The notes under the pieces: model-generated
Database searches by the model: none
Seen by the model: the letters and a program-made list of their open reading frames with translations, nothing else
Told to the model about the DNA's origin: nothing
Program-made: the position numbers and the translations under genes
Part shown: positions 24,047 through 36,770 of the stretch, piece by piece
Numbering within the stretch: the first letter of the stretch is position 1
Layout: each line of letters opens with the position of its first letter
Origin: Epithemia pelagica
Taxonomy: Eukaryota > Protista > Bacillariophyta
Direction of reading: 5' to 3'
Length of the DNA stretch: 64,000 bases
NCBI GenBank assembly: GCA_946965045.2
Contig: OX337240.1
Coordinates: 2,046,001 to 2,110,000, forward strand

Positions 24047-24370
24047 ATGCTTCGATTCCTGTGTAACTTTCTTCTGGTGATGCGACGCTATCTTACTTTC
24101 TTGGAGGCAGAGCAACAAGGAGATAGTATCACTATGGAAGCAATCATTGTCGCATACTTACCTTTTTGGTATGTAACGAAGAAACATGTTTCATTCAATA
24201 CCCAGTTGAGGTTGATTGAAACAAATTACCACAATCTGCCCATCTCTGTCCTGCAGCAGATTTGTATCAACAGGACGAAAAGGCAAAAAGCGGGAACTAT
24301 TGCTTCTCTATATGCAAAAGAGAGGGCTTTGGACCAAATAATGGAGCAGCTAATGCCGTTCTTTCAAGCA
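24047..24370 (+). pseudogene. DUF6589-like transposase C-terminal fragment
   Basis: NFLLVMRRYLTFLEAEQQGD..LPFWYVTKK..INRTKRQKAG..RALDQIMEQLMPFF follows the GD..N..G..D..E.L pattern I recall for this family. Confidence 0.45.
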
Positions 24371-24489
24371 TTTTTTCTCCATGACCCCAAATACAACATG
24401 TCAATGTAAGGTCATCTTCTGGTAGCACTACACGACTTACTCTTGCAGTTTTTGTATCTGCCACATGTGAAGTCTTGAAACAAAGGTAT

Positions 24490-24735
24490 CAAATGCACCC
24501 GAAGGATATCAAACGATTCGAGTACATCTTGTCTTTGATGTGAAATTTGATGGTAGACACAAGGCACAAACGATCTATTCTGGAGTTGTTTCCATCCATA
24601 ATCTGCACATTGCCCTATTTCTTGATTCCCTAAATGACGTGGAAGTATGGGGAGAAGATACTGGAAACACGTATCCTGAAGTACTGACTGGAGAGAAGAT
24701 CTACATTGTAGCCGGACCCGAGAAGTTCAAGGAAC
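24490..24735 (+). mobile_element. pol: Copia RT N-terminal fragment with internal deletion
   Basis: APEGYQTIRVHLVFDVKFDGRHKA|TIYSGVVSI..LNDVEVWGEDTGNTY..EKIYIVAGPE. Confidence 0.8.
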
Positions 24736-27039
24736 TTGATTGCAAATCTTGCATGTCGTTGCTGGTCATAACATGATTCCAAACCAGTTGGTTCAACGGG
24801 TAGTTGCATGGCGGGATAATGTAATAAACATCTGAAACCACCATTGCCACAATGGAAATGGGATAGAGCTGTTGATCCATCTGGCCCGGAAGGTATAAGC
24901 GCTTGAAACGATAAGCATAATTGCATATTGGATTGCACAAATCAATAAACGGTTGTAGCTTGCAGTATTCATTGTTCGAATTCGTTTCGAAGCCATGCCA
25001 ACTGCCATGTGGATTCTCAATAACAAATGACACTTGTTCATCGATACAAATTATCATCAGTATCATCATCATTGGAGCCATATGATGCCTCCTCATTCAA
25101 AGCACCAATGAGTTCAGGACCATTAAGCTCAGGTTCCTCATTGGCTGGGTTGTAAGACATGTTCGGAGACACGTCCAGGGACACAGGGAGTCACTGACAT
25201 CTAGGGCTTGAGGGAAAGCGGAAGACGACGCCAAACTAGCAGCGTTGTTCCGGAAGAAGTTGTCCAAGGGTGGAGTGTCACCACAGGACTTGGGAAGAGA
25301 CAACATTGAAAAGGTGCGCCAAACTCCTGATGGTGCATTCAATCGTAATCTTAGTTATTAATATATAAACCTAGTTTAGCAGTTTGTTTCCACATTACGG
25401 ATGTTAGATAATAACATAGGATTGGGGATTTCCCAACTCTTGACCAGGCCCAAAACGCAATTTCACGATGTTCCATTGTCGCCAGCACCCATTGACCATT
25501 GACTTTCTCTCCTGCTTCCCCTTCGGCAAAAGAATAAGGGTTGAGGTGAGTATGACTCCCGATCCCCCAATCGCGACTGTCAAGCTGAAGTTATAGTGCT
25601 GCAACTTTGCCCCCAACGAGAATAGTTTCCGGCATAGACAGACAAAACGTAAAGTTTGGATGGAGAATTCGTGAGGAGACCAACGGGGTGTGTCTTCATA
25701 TATGACGGATGTCTTGACAATTTGCGCTGCCTCCCAACCGGGCAAGTGAAAACGATTGTCAACCTTGTAAATCTTGAGACCGATGAAGTACTTCCCGTCC
25801 GGAATTCCATGCAGGTTGTCGATTGTGACGCTATCTTGGTACACGGCAAGGGAATCACGAGAAACACGAAGCGTATGGGCCACACGATTTGGTTTTCTCA
25901 CGTGACCACTACGACATGTTCGCGAAATGCGCGGTTGACAATTGGGGATACCCCAAGGGTGTGTGTGAAGAGCAGGATGCCTCTCAAGAGGAGTGTAGAT
26001 CAGATGTCGACCAATCCAAAGTTGGTGGCAAACCGAATGATGAATGCAAGTGTGCCCAAGGAGAATACAAACAGAGATAACCCAACACTCAACCGCGACA
26101 CCACGTCCCGTACCCCCAACCAAACTGAGCACTCCCTCTCCCCGTGCAAAGCCCAGCCGACCACACTACACCAGCCGTCCCCGCCCCACAACTCCCAACC
26201 ACACGTCGTTTGCTGTTTTGCCCCAAATCGCTAGTTCAGTATCTCCACGTGGTCGTAGCTCACCATTTCCTTTCATAATCATACAACAGAGATTTTGTTT
26301 TTCGTATGGTGGTTCTCCTCCAACCACGACATTCTTGTCATTGTCTTGGGCTTTTTTGTGAAGTTTTGCACGGCACAGTGCCCACATGTGAATCCAATAA
26401 CAGCAGATCAATCTCAAAAATTTCTTTGCTAAGGCAGCTATCCTACTCCTACATCTAACTGGATGCACAATCCCCTTGTAGGAGTAGGAGCCAAACAGAA
26501 TATAGCAGAGGTAACTGGGGAAGTGAGATAATGAGGAGGCTATAGAAAGGAGAAATCTAATGGATCTGAAAAATCTCTTGACTCGACAACCGCTTCTGAC
26601 CACCCAATTGCCAGGTGTGAAAAGCGAAATCAATTGTCCCTGGGATACTTTGAAAGAACCAAAGCATACACTCCTGTTTCATTTATCTCTTCCCCTTCCA
26701 TTCCAAAAAATGGTATATTGACCTCTTGCAATAAAAAGAAATCAGACGAATGCTGTCTGCAACCCTGTTTTCTTTCACGATTTTCCGATCCTCTTGCGAA
26801 AGCCACCCATGAACCACTCTTGCTGTCACTGTTGTCGTCGCTTCAGGTGGCACTTTGTCTGTGGTCGCTGTTGTCGTCGCTTCAAGAGGCACTGCTTCAG
26901 GTGGTAGTTCCCACCGATTTCCAATTCTCAGATCAAGCAAAAAAGAAAGGCTCTGAATTGTTGTTGAGAAAATTGAAACCGGCCCTACCAGTAGCTATAG
27001 TACCGGCCCTGGTTCGAGTCTTCACCATGGTGGAAGAGT

Positions 27040-28714
27040 CCCCGAAAGGCATGGCTCTCGACGATATGAGCACGTCTACGCCCAACACGAAGAATCAGCA
27101 TATCTCCTATGAAGAAGAGGAAAAAGAGTATGCCGTCAAGTTCCTTTTCCGTCCACCTCAAAAGTCTAATACCAACGTCGCCAGGGCACATTATGAGATC
27201 CTACAAGTCATCATGGAAGTGTTTCCAGAGATCAAAATCTTTAACAACTATGGACAATCCAAGAAAGCCTTCAAGCGTCTACTCTCCTATAATGACTATC
27301 TCCGTCATTTAAAGCTCCATTATTCCAAAGGAAATCTGATCAAGAAACGTTTTCTGATCTATATCGCCATTCATCGCATTTGCTCTCTCATCCCCATTAG
27401 TGAAATCCGTCGGCACACTGATATCTCCGAAAGACTTATGAAGATCAACGCCGGTATGAATCTGCATCCATGGTCTGAATCTGATCTGAACATTTCAAAT
27501 ATTGGCTTCTTCGTAGGCACTGATCCATCTAATGTCATCAACGAAGAGATGATCAAAAGTGTACAAGACGATATTGTTGATCAAAAGTGTACAAGACGAT
27601 ATTGTTAATCCTCAAATTCCCCTGAAGAAAGTACCGGAATTCAAGAAGTGCAACTTCTCTTCTCCCCTCACGTATGATTCTCATGGAAATCGACGTTCCA
27701 CCAAGACCTATGATCTTCAATGTCGCCAAGAAGACGGGAAGACTATGATCGAGATCCTGATGAAAACCTATGCCAAGAATCTAGGATTAGTGTTCCACAA
27801 GATTCGCCATGCTCAAGGAGGCACAGAGCTATTGTGAAGCAAAACATATTTCTCAATAGGTTGCAAATTGTTCCCATCGAAGGCATTCATCATCAAGCAA
27901 TGTTCTATGTGCCAGATCCATGGCGTTGGCATACTAATCACAAAGCACAAGAAATGGGCTACTCGTGGTCGCTATAGTGTCCATACTACTGAGCGGCACT
28001 TTGATGAAGGCGTCCGCATCATCGGGGATAACTTGGTACAATGGAATCAAGAAGCTGTAGAGCGCGAGAACATCGACTTATCTGACCTGGAAGTGAAACA
28101 TCCGAGAGTTGCTCTCCGCAGCGACGTTCCAGAACCAGGAATAAACGAGAATGATGACAGTGAAGCACGGTCTTTTCAATCTTCTGACATTGTACACAAG
28201 TAAGTCCAACTGCGGAGTCAACAGCACGTACGATCTTCCTCCCGCAGCGTCTTCTCCTGCCATGCAAGCCTGGTCCACTGATCGTGTTCAGATCCCAGCA
28301 GTCGTTGAGACAACTACGACAACAACTGTCTCCGGTAGTCAGATTACCCAAGAAGATTACGACAAGTTGAAATCACACAACGAACGTTTGGAATGCGAAG
28401 TGATTGATCTCAAAGACATGTTTGCTCAGTTCATGCGCAAACAGGCCACCAATGATTCTCGGATCACCACTATAGTTTGTCAAGCTATTAGAGCCAAAAA
28501 AGAGAACACCACTGTTGGCAATGCCGCAGCTGCTACCTCGAAAGAATCAACAAGCCATTGTAAAACGAACAGAGCCACACAGCACGTAATTCCTCTAGAG
28601 GAGGTGATGCTGGAGGTTCAACTCAGCAAGCTACACGGGATCCCGATGTTAGCATGGCTCATGACGAGACGATTACGTTACCATGACGGCAGAAACAAGT
28701 TTCACCACTCATGA
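27040..28714 (+). pseudogene. LINE ORF1 (frameshifted)
   Basis: HPWSESDLNISNIGFFVGTDP and AIVKQNIFLNRLQIVPIEGI, with a coiled-coil-like C-terminus. Lies directly upstream of ORF2 endonuclease motifs. Confidence 0.6.
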
Positions 28715-29251
28715 GTAGTCAAACTAGAAGCGTCAACACAAACGACTACTTAGATGAACCACTTGCACGTTACCCGCATTATTCTACTGAACAAGATCAT
28801 TTCTACGCACAAAAGCATACAACTGAAGATCAATACCAATACAACGACAATCTAGGCACCGCAGCATCACACAATCAAGAACACATCGAGCCGACCCTAT
28901 CCAAGACAAAAGAAAACAGAAGCAACTTTCCAAGTTTATGGCAGCAACATCATTGGCCTGACTCTTGGACATGACGTAGGCGATTTTGCCGATTTCTGCG
29001 GTATTGTAGAGACAAAACTCGACACAACACAACACAAAGTGAGAGACAATCTGCAGCATACAACAATGCAAAAACATTTCGAACACTCACGTCTGCCCAC
29101 GCGATTTTACCAGCAAAGATCGAAGCACTAATCGAGAATACATGTTGGCCAAACACAAATACCTCACCGATCATAAATTCCCTGAGAGATTGCAACAACT
29201 GCAGAATAGTTGGAACTCAGCGAGAGCTGAAGCCTTAGACAAAGACTTTCA

Positions 29252-29285
29252 GGCCATTCTTATACCTCCGACCAAACCAAACCTG
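29252..29285 (+). repeat. Harbinger left TIR
   Basis: ggccattcttatacctccgaccaaaccaaacctg. Confidence 0.9.
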
Positions 29286-29525
29286 TGTCCCTGACGTCAT
29301 CATCGGATCCAGTTTGGCGGGTTTTCCCATCCTATAGCACCGACCAAACCAAAATCAAATGCCGCGCTCTGTCAAAGCCGATCCCCCCACGCCCCCCAAC
29401 ACGCCCTCTTTTTACTTTGAGTTCTTTTTACTTTGAGTTGTAGAATACTAATTTTTGTGACGCGTTGGCTGTTATGTCCTTCCTCACTTTTTTGTTTTAT
29501 GTTATCGCGTCCGTCGTATCATAAA

Positions 29526-31109
29526 ATGACAAGGACAATGGCTAGCAGCAGTGCAAATTATACCCCCAAGGCCTACCTTGTAAAGGAGGTGCAGTCTGTC
29601 ATCTCATGGGTTATTCTTAACCACATCAACACCCAAGGTACAATGACAAAGACGGAACGACAGGAAATCATGTTCAACTTGTACCACGGTCTAACCAATG
29701 ACCCCAAGAAAGTTGGATTTGCTCGTCAATGTATCCTTGGGTGTAGCGTTTTTTTGCCAACATCCTTTTGTGCAAGGCTCGGGAAGCAACATTGCTCGTT
29801 TGACTGACAGTCCTACGTCTGCTGTCCTATTCCAACTCAATCCAAGGTTGGTGCATGGGTTGGACCATCCATTGTACATTGGAACTGGACCTGCGGCCCA
29901 TATTCGATTGGAACATTTGGAGGTGGCGTCTGTTCACCAGGCCAAAAAAGGCAACAAGAAGCTTATTGCCGCTCGCACTTTGCTTAAGAATGCCATGACT
30001 GTCTCGTGCAACTTGAGGACAATGTATCCTCTAGTTCAACAAATTCTGAACTCAGATGGGGAAATGCCGTCAGGCAAAAATGAAGATGATTTCTTTTCCG
30101 AGTTGGCTGTAAAGGTGCTTGAAAGCAAAGCCAAGGGACTGTTCGTCGAAAATCTGTCAGGTGACGACATTACCCCTCCTGTTGAAAGCCTTACTCAAGG
30201 AGTGCAAGCGACCGCGAAAAAAAATGACCAGAAAACGAAGGCCAAGTAAACGTACAAGGCAATTCCAGCGGCTGGATGGTTTGCTGTGTGCCTATTCACA
30301 AAAAATGGTATTGCAACGGAGCGCGTTAAAAACGTCTTGCCTCTGATTACACGCGAAGATTACCGCACTAACGAAAACAAAAGCACACACGAGCATCTGC
30401 ACGTAAAGAAGCCGCCTGGTCGAAAGCTCGCGAACGCGGGGGTCGCGAAGATTTGAGTCGCGGTGGACAGAGTCGTCTCGTTGTACAGCCAGGTGAATCA
30501 CAAGAACAAGCTGGAACCAAACTTATTGCTTCCATGGTGGACCTCATGGCCGATGACAAAGACAATGAAGCTGGTGTTAGCACTATTGAAAACCTCCAGA
30601 AGCGTTACAAGAATTTACAGCATAGCTTGAAGCGTCTGGAGTGGATGATTGACAACAGAATGAAGGGAGGCTTGGATTGTTCGGAACTTGTTTCAGATCA
30701 CGACCGTAAATGGGAAGAATCTGAGAACCTCCGTGAAGACATCGATAGCCTGATTGAAAAACAAGAAACCAAGCGGCAGTGCAAAAATCCGATTTTTGAA
30801 AGGGCCAAGAAAGTTGTCAAATTGGTTGATTCACAATTGTCCGATCCCAAAGCCACCCAGACTCCAATGATCAGTGTTCCTAAGGTTGCTCCACAGGTTG
30901 GTGGTTCGACCGTGGTGGGAAACACACCAGCCCAAACTTGTCATCCCGGTATTCCAGAAGTTGCCTCGAAAGTGGTCGACCTCACAGCTGTCCAAACTCC
31001 CTTGCTCAATGCTCCCAAAAATGTGGCTACTATTGGAACAACTTCTAAGTCTGTCCCGACGGACATTACCCCACGCCGCATTGCTGGGTCTGGTGAAGTT
31101 TTGGAGTGA
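29526..31109 (+). pseudogene. Harbinger accessory ORF2 (frameshifted, one internal stop)
   Basis: Pieces 29526-~29740, 29698-30249 and 30453-31109 lie inside the TIRs. MPSGKNEDDFF resembles the SG.NEDD motif of Harbinger accessory proteins; coiled-coil-like C-terminal part. Confidence 0.6.
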
Positions 31110-31246
31110 AGATCATAACATGAGCCACGAACCAAAAATCAAAAGAATAGTGTCGGAAAGACGATAACACGAGTCACCTCTCTAAAGAAGCCAAAAGAAG
31201 AAAATCAATCGACAAGATCCCAGAATTAATCTTGTAACGATATTGG

Positions 31247-32863
31247 TTAGTTTATACGTGGCCATTTCACTTTTTGTTCTGTAAAAAGGATATCAAAGTG
31301 CTCAATCAGTCTGTTACGGAAGACAGACAACGGCAAGAATCGCACTCTGATAACGCCCTTCTCATCTTTTGCTTTCTCTAAATAATCTTTTTCTGGGGCG
31401 GTAAAAATTTCTTCCTCCAATGTCTCTGTAGGAGACATGCCCTCGTCATCATCTTTGTCCACTGCTTCTTCACAATGATTGTCTCCTCTACCCATATCCG
31501 AAGAATCAAAGCGATGTAAATCCTCACCAAGGGATTGCATCCGATTTCTGAGAGGTTGCGGAATCGCTTGGACAATGTCTTCGTCATCAAAGTCTCCCAA
31601 TGCAGTCAACCATTCATCTGTCTCCAATTTACCGTCGTATTCTAGCAACAGGTTGTGCAAGGCACAACAGGTTAGCCACACCCTATCTACAGCCTCGATT
31701 CCATGCAATCGTATTCCAGCTTTTAGAATACGCCACCATCCCTTCAAAATACCAAACGTGCACTCAACGTCCTTGCGCAACGATTCCACCCATTCCGAAA
31801 ATTGCAGACAAGCCAAACTTCCAGAAGTTTTGACGGGAGGTACAGTGCAAGACCAATTCAGGTACCCGTTGTCTACGAGCAGCCAAGCACCTCTATACTC
31901 TACCTCTGTCACTTGACCATCGGAGGTTCTCTGTAGCAACTTGAAGGGAAAGTTGTCAAGTACGTCGTCGCATCCATACCGGAGAGTCGTCGCCAACTCA
32001 TCGTACTTCACCAATGTCTTGTCGTTCCACCTCGCCGGATGTCCTATTGTCGTACACAATATCTTCCGACGATGGTTTGTTACTATATTATAAGTTCTTG
32101 CTGTCCCATGCAATTTGCGGGCGGTGTGTTCTTGTTTGAGATCGTGGAAAATTCTCTCAGCTAGAACATGAGTGGCATCCATGGAACCAATACACCCACG
32201 CATTCCTGCAGCTTCGTACTCGGGTGATCTTGCATCTTCAGAGGAAGCGGGAACTTGAACGTAGTTCTTGTACAGTATTTCGGCACCCCATTTGATGAAG
32301 CAATGGAAGAATTGCCTATGGGTTTCTTCATCTATTCCTGTACTTTCTTCCAGGTCATCAAACGTCCACCCTCGGCCAAGATAGCGCAATGCACCCAGGC
32401 TAAGAAGTTCTATAGGAACAGAAGGAGCTTTTTGTTGGTGTAGCGTCCCACCATACCACTGTCCAAAATATTCTTGGTTTTCAGAAGATTGAATCATTTT
32501 CAACAGCGACTTGAGTGCAGAAAAGGGGAGACGGAAACGTAGGCCAAATTTTCTTAACCACTTGACATCGAAAGGCTTCGGGTTTTCAATGTAGTTGAGA
32601 TACCAAGGCGACATCCGGGGCTTCATTTCGACCAAATTTCCATTGTCATCTTTGACATACAACTTCTTGGATGCCGACGTTGCTGACCTGGGGGTTCTAG
32701 TCCGAGGAGTCTTTGTGGAGGAGTTGCATGGTTCCGATTGATCTTCCAATGAAGTTAAAGCAGCAGCTGCGGCAGCTAAGTAGGACAGTGTCTGTTTGAC
32801 TCTCCTCCTCTTGGTTCATCTGTCAAGAGAGTCATTTGATGAATCAGTATCGTAATCATCCAT
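31247..32863 (-). pseudogene. PIF/Harbinger DDE transposase
   Basis: GCIGSMDATHV, LVDNGYLNW, RKDVECTFGILKG.WRILK and CCALHN. Likely ATG at 32863 followed by an in-frame TGA at 32816-32818; the 31247-32749 part is open. Confidence 0.9.
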
Positions 32864-33089
32864 TATTGATATGTAATGACAAAAAATGACGAGAAAGGAA
32901 TGAGGTAACAGAGGTATCCCTAATGGTAAAAATGAGGTAATATAGTTATCCCTAATGGTAAAATCATCTTTGGAGGGTTACCAAACCTGAGTTCAACTTT
33001 GGTAAAAACCAGAGGTCGACCAAAGTTGAACAGTCCAACAACCCGGATTTGACGTCATATTTCCGGGTTTTTGATGACGTGTCACGCTT

Positions 33090-33123
33090 CAGGTTTGGTT
33101 TGGTCGAAGGTATAGGAATGGCC
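33090..33123 (-). repeat. Harbinger right TIR
   Basis: caggtttggtttggtcgaaggtataggaatggcc. Confidence 0.9.
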
Positions 33124-33348
33124 TCAACATACCGGCGGCGCCTATGCGGGCAAAAAATGCGCCAGGAGTCCAAGAAATGTTCCATTCGTGCGCGGACTGT
33201 CAGAACTGCTAGCCAAGAAACACGTACTCTTGAGGACAATCTCATCTATTCGGCTAAACCGAAGTTTTGAAGCGGGAATCCTCGCCTCTTCTCTACATGA
33301 TCGCTGTTCAGACATCATCGTACCCACCACCCCGGGTGAATGTCAAGA

Positions 33349-33691
33349 ACTACCATTATAGCTCGTCCTATAAATAATTTTTCTTAAGTAAATTTTCCCA
33401 GGACTGTTTTTTGCTCGTCACTTTTTTCAGCTGCGAGCTCGTCGGACTCCTCAATACAGTGGAAGCATTCAACTGTGACTGCGCGTAGGCCTCCTCATCG
33501 GGGCGCGCTCGTCGGTACTTAGGACTTCTAATCGGGCAATTAGCTTCTCGTCATGGACCACGTAAGGTCCGCCATGGCGTACTTACTTAAGCGGTCCACT
33601 TCTCGAAGCTATTGTCCTTCTCGTCTTCCTAAGCCCTCCTCGTCGCGCCCCTCTACGTCGGCACTCCTAGCAGTCAAAGTAAATATACAAC
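33349..33691 (+). mobile_element. ACTAC-bounded element (copy 2)
   Basis: High identity to 19455-19826 with a ~29-bp shorter 5' part. Ends are ACTAC (33349-33353) and ACAAC (33687-33691). Confidence 0.8.
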
Positions 33692-34797
33692 TCAGAATGA
33701 CTCAACATAGGATCGCAGCAATCACCTGTACGGCTGTGTATCGACGCCAAAATGAACTAAAGCTTTCTTCAGAAGCTGCTCAACAAGATGGAAACACTCA
33801 ACAATCAAAAAGCAATCCAGCATCGGATCGCTGCTGAGAAAACCAAAGTCATGTATCGCAAAATACGCAACTGCCGTGAGAACCCAAAGGCTGGGATCAC
33901 GCGCCTTGATGTTCCGGAAGATCCTGAAAATAGAGACTACGGCAACTGCACTAGCTGGATCACGATAGATAAACCTCAAGAGATTGAAGAGAGGTTCTTT
34001 GGCCAAGCTGATTCAACGTTCCCGACAAAACCACCATTCTCGGAGTGGGTGGATTGGGGTGCCTCGAACCATACATCAGAACTTATCCTGGAAGAAGGCA
34101 ATTGGACAAGCCCAGAGATAGACGAGATGACTCAATTGTTGATCAATCCAATGAACAAAAGAGTCGAGCTTGATTCAATTCCAGCCGAACTAAGTCACTC
34201 TTATTGGATCGAAAAAATCAAACCATGGCCAGAGACAGCCACTACCTCCCCGTCCGGCTTTCATTTGGGCCATAGTAAAGGGTTGGTGTCGCCACACGAT
34301 TTAGAACCAACAGCTCCAAGCTTGGGGTGTCCAAACGCTTCTACAAACACTGTTCCATCTTTCCAATCTACGGTCCTGCAATCCGGTGCGTTATCTCTTG
34401 CGTACTTTTCGACCCATGAATCTGCTGCACATGGTGCCTCTTTCGAATTGCCGGATGGCAAACTCAAAACTAGAGTCTACATGATTAGATATGTGGACGA
34501 CACGAACGTTGGTTCAATCGATGGTGTCAACAAGACTGAGCACTTGCCCTACGATAGAAAAAATGTACCCAGAAGCATGCCCACGGGGGCCTGAAGTACC
34601 AACTGACCCTTTGTGACAATGTGTCCACAGTTTTGGTCCAGTGCGCAGTGGAATGGGAGACAATACACTTGTATCGTCTTGTTGCTCTACCCACCCTTAC
34701 CCTCTCCCTTTGGCTAGCCCGAAGAGGAGTAATACTCCACTATGTCTGGTCTGTCACCTGACAGCTAAGCTGTCAAATGTAACAACCAGCAGAAATA

Positions 34798-34990
34798 GTA
34801 GTATATCTACATCCGCTCCGCGTAGTGGGGAGGCACGAGGAGGGGCTATTGACTCCGAGAAGGGCAATAGCTTCTAGAAGTGGACCGCCTTCTAAATCCG
34901 CATTAGCGGATTTGGCGGTCCACGACGAGGAACTATTGCCCGCTGAGGAGTCAATAGCCCCGACAAGTGCCCCCACGACCAGGAGGGGAT
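34798..34990 (-). mobile_element. Diverged relative of the ACTAC element 3' end, inverted
   Basis: GTAGTatatctac terminus, gagaagggcaatagcttc.agaagtggaccgc block and conserved hairpin. Other end not found. Confidence 0.55.
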
Positions 34991-35427
34991 GTCGCTTGCT
35001 TCTATAACCTCCGAGTCCCCCCTAATTAACTGTCACACTTTTTTCCCAGAACTGTTTTTTTTGCTCCGGACTAGCATTTTTTGCTCCGCACTTGCTCGCG
35101 TATGAGAGCGTGGCCGTCGTGGGCAATATAAGGCTATATAAGACGAAAATCCCACTTCCATTCCGAGGAGCTATAGTAGCCTTCTACATTCTTTCACTTA
35201 CACCACAAACTACAACAGTAAAGGGCTACAGTAGGCTGTTCCCATCGCAGCATACTCACGACGAGCCTGTGGGGAGAGGTCAAGACATTTTTCCGCTCAA
35301 CCAGGTCTGCTACTTTGGCATTCTTTTCTTCAAGTCATGTGAGCATCTTTTGAGTCTTAGTCTCCTGTGTCTTGTCAATAATTGTTTTACGTAGAAGTAC
35401 AACGTACAGGTATGCAATTGTTTCCGT

Positions 35428-35787
35428 TTGGTAACGTTCGTCCATGTAAAAATCCCAAACCAAGATGACAACACCACCACCATCGGATGCATCCAGAAAT
35501 CGCCCAACACTGGCGAAGTAGCAGTTGTTTTGTTCTACCCTCTCTTCCCGAAGAAGAGCCTCAAGTGTCACCCGTCAGTTCCGAAGCACTCCCACCTGCC
35601 CATTGAACATGGACTCGGATCACAAAATGTGGAACTCTATCAATCCACTGATATTATTTCTCGTTTCCACCTGCACCTGAACACGTACAAGATTTTGTTT
35701 CCTGTCTTTGTGTTTTCCCTCCTTGAATTGGACAAGGCACAACTGTTGGGGCGAGGGTTTGAAGAATGTTTGTATTCTACGCTATAA
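35428..35787 (+). pseudogene. Unknown protein family fragment (homolog at 63660-63979)
   Basis: LFYPLFPKKSLKCHPS versus LFYPLFPKKNLKCHPS, and YKILFPVF versus KVLFPVF. Confidence 0.45.
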
Positions 35788-36750
35788 ACAGATTCAAGTG
35801 AACAACCAAACTCGTCATCTAAACGACTAGACTTTAAGACAGTCTTGTGTTATAGAACAATGTAGGCTAGATGGGAACAATGTCATGGATGAACTAATGA
35901 CAAATTCTATTACGGTAGGCATTGCACTGGGGTAGGGGTATGTGTATGGGTAGCAGTGGATGGGATGGTTCCTGAGCACCTGATTGCCAATCCCCAACAA
36001 TCCAACAGTTAGGATGACTGTAATCATTGTCATCTGGGTTAACAACATCAGATGGGTCATTCTTCATGTCTTCGTTTGCGTCTCATCTCCTTGGGTGGTC
36101 ACACAGACAATGCTTTCATGTGCAGTGCCTCTTACCCTATCACGAGTTGATACTAATCCTACTGATAGAATCACCATCGGAGACAAGAAGAAGGCTAGTA
36201 CAGCACCAGCCAAATCCCAACTCTGCATCTCGTAATCACATTTATCGAGGCCGACCACTTTCTCCTTACTAAGCTTTTTCTTGAAGTTCGTTGAAAGTTA
36301 GTCAGGCATCGATGATGTGGTTTTGTCGTCTCTAGTTGAATCCTTGCAAACAAGGACATTAGTTGTTGCATTATGAAAATGTGTGAACCTGTTCATGATG
36401 TCTTTGCTTGTCACTTTTTTCTTCTTCAATTCCCTTTAAGCTCATGATGTCTTTGCTTGTCACTTTTTTCTCAGAGCACAAGAAAATCACTTATTTCCTA
36501 AAAAAATGGCTGGATTCTTCTTCCTATTCTACAACTGTTTCATTCAAATGCAAACTTTCATTGATGTCTGGTGGTGGCATTACCACGGTTGTAAGAACCA
36601 TTTGTAGCTGTTGAATAGCAAAAAATAGTAATACCCAGTGGGTGATATTCAGGCTGAGGTGGTTCGAGGAGGGAACATGAGCGAGGCATCAATTGAGGCG
36701 TAGGATCACAGTGATTGAGAGCCGGGTTAGGTGGTTGCAGAGTTGGGACA

Positions 36751-36770
36751 GGGGGGGGGGGGGGGGGGGG
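36751..36770 (+). repeat. Poly-G tract (20 G)
   Basis: Directly visible. Confidence 0.95.

Larger units (their letters stand above)
29252..33123 (-). mobile_element. Complete PIF/Harbinger DNA transposon (3872 bp)
   Basis: 34-bp TIRs starting GGCC (2 mismatches), TCA target duplication (29249-29251 and 33124-33126), DDE_Tnp_4-type transposase plus a convergent second ORF. Confidence 0.9.
28711..34600 (+). mobile_element. LINE ORF2 remnant interrupted by a Harbinger element and an ACTAC element
   Basis: APE-like FCGIVETKLD (~28990). The frame rejoins across both insertions (DFQ|HTGGAYAGKKC and ECQEL|LRMTQ). Pre-RT WPETATTSPSGFHLGH and RT YVDD (~34490); internal deletions. Confidence 0.7.

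Noticed and set aside
25404-26234. Overlapping 242-aa (-) and 192-aa (+) ORFs
   Set aside because: No motif I can support in either; coding strand undetermined.
29261-33114. Shorter TIR with TATA/TA flanks, suggesting an atypical Harbinger
   Set aside because: The inverted repeat extends outward to GGCC and gives a canonical 3-bp TCA duplication that restores the host frame.
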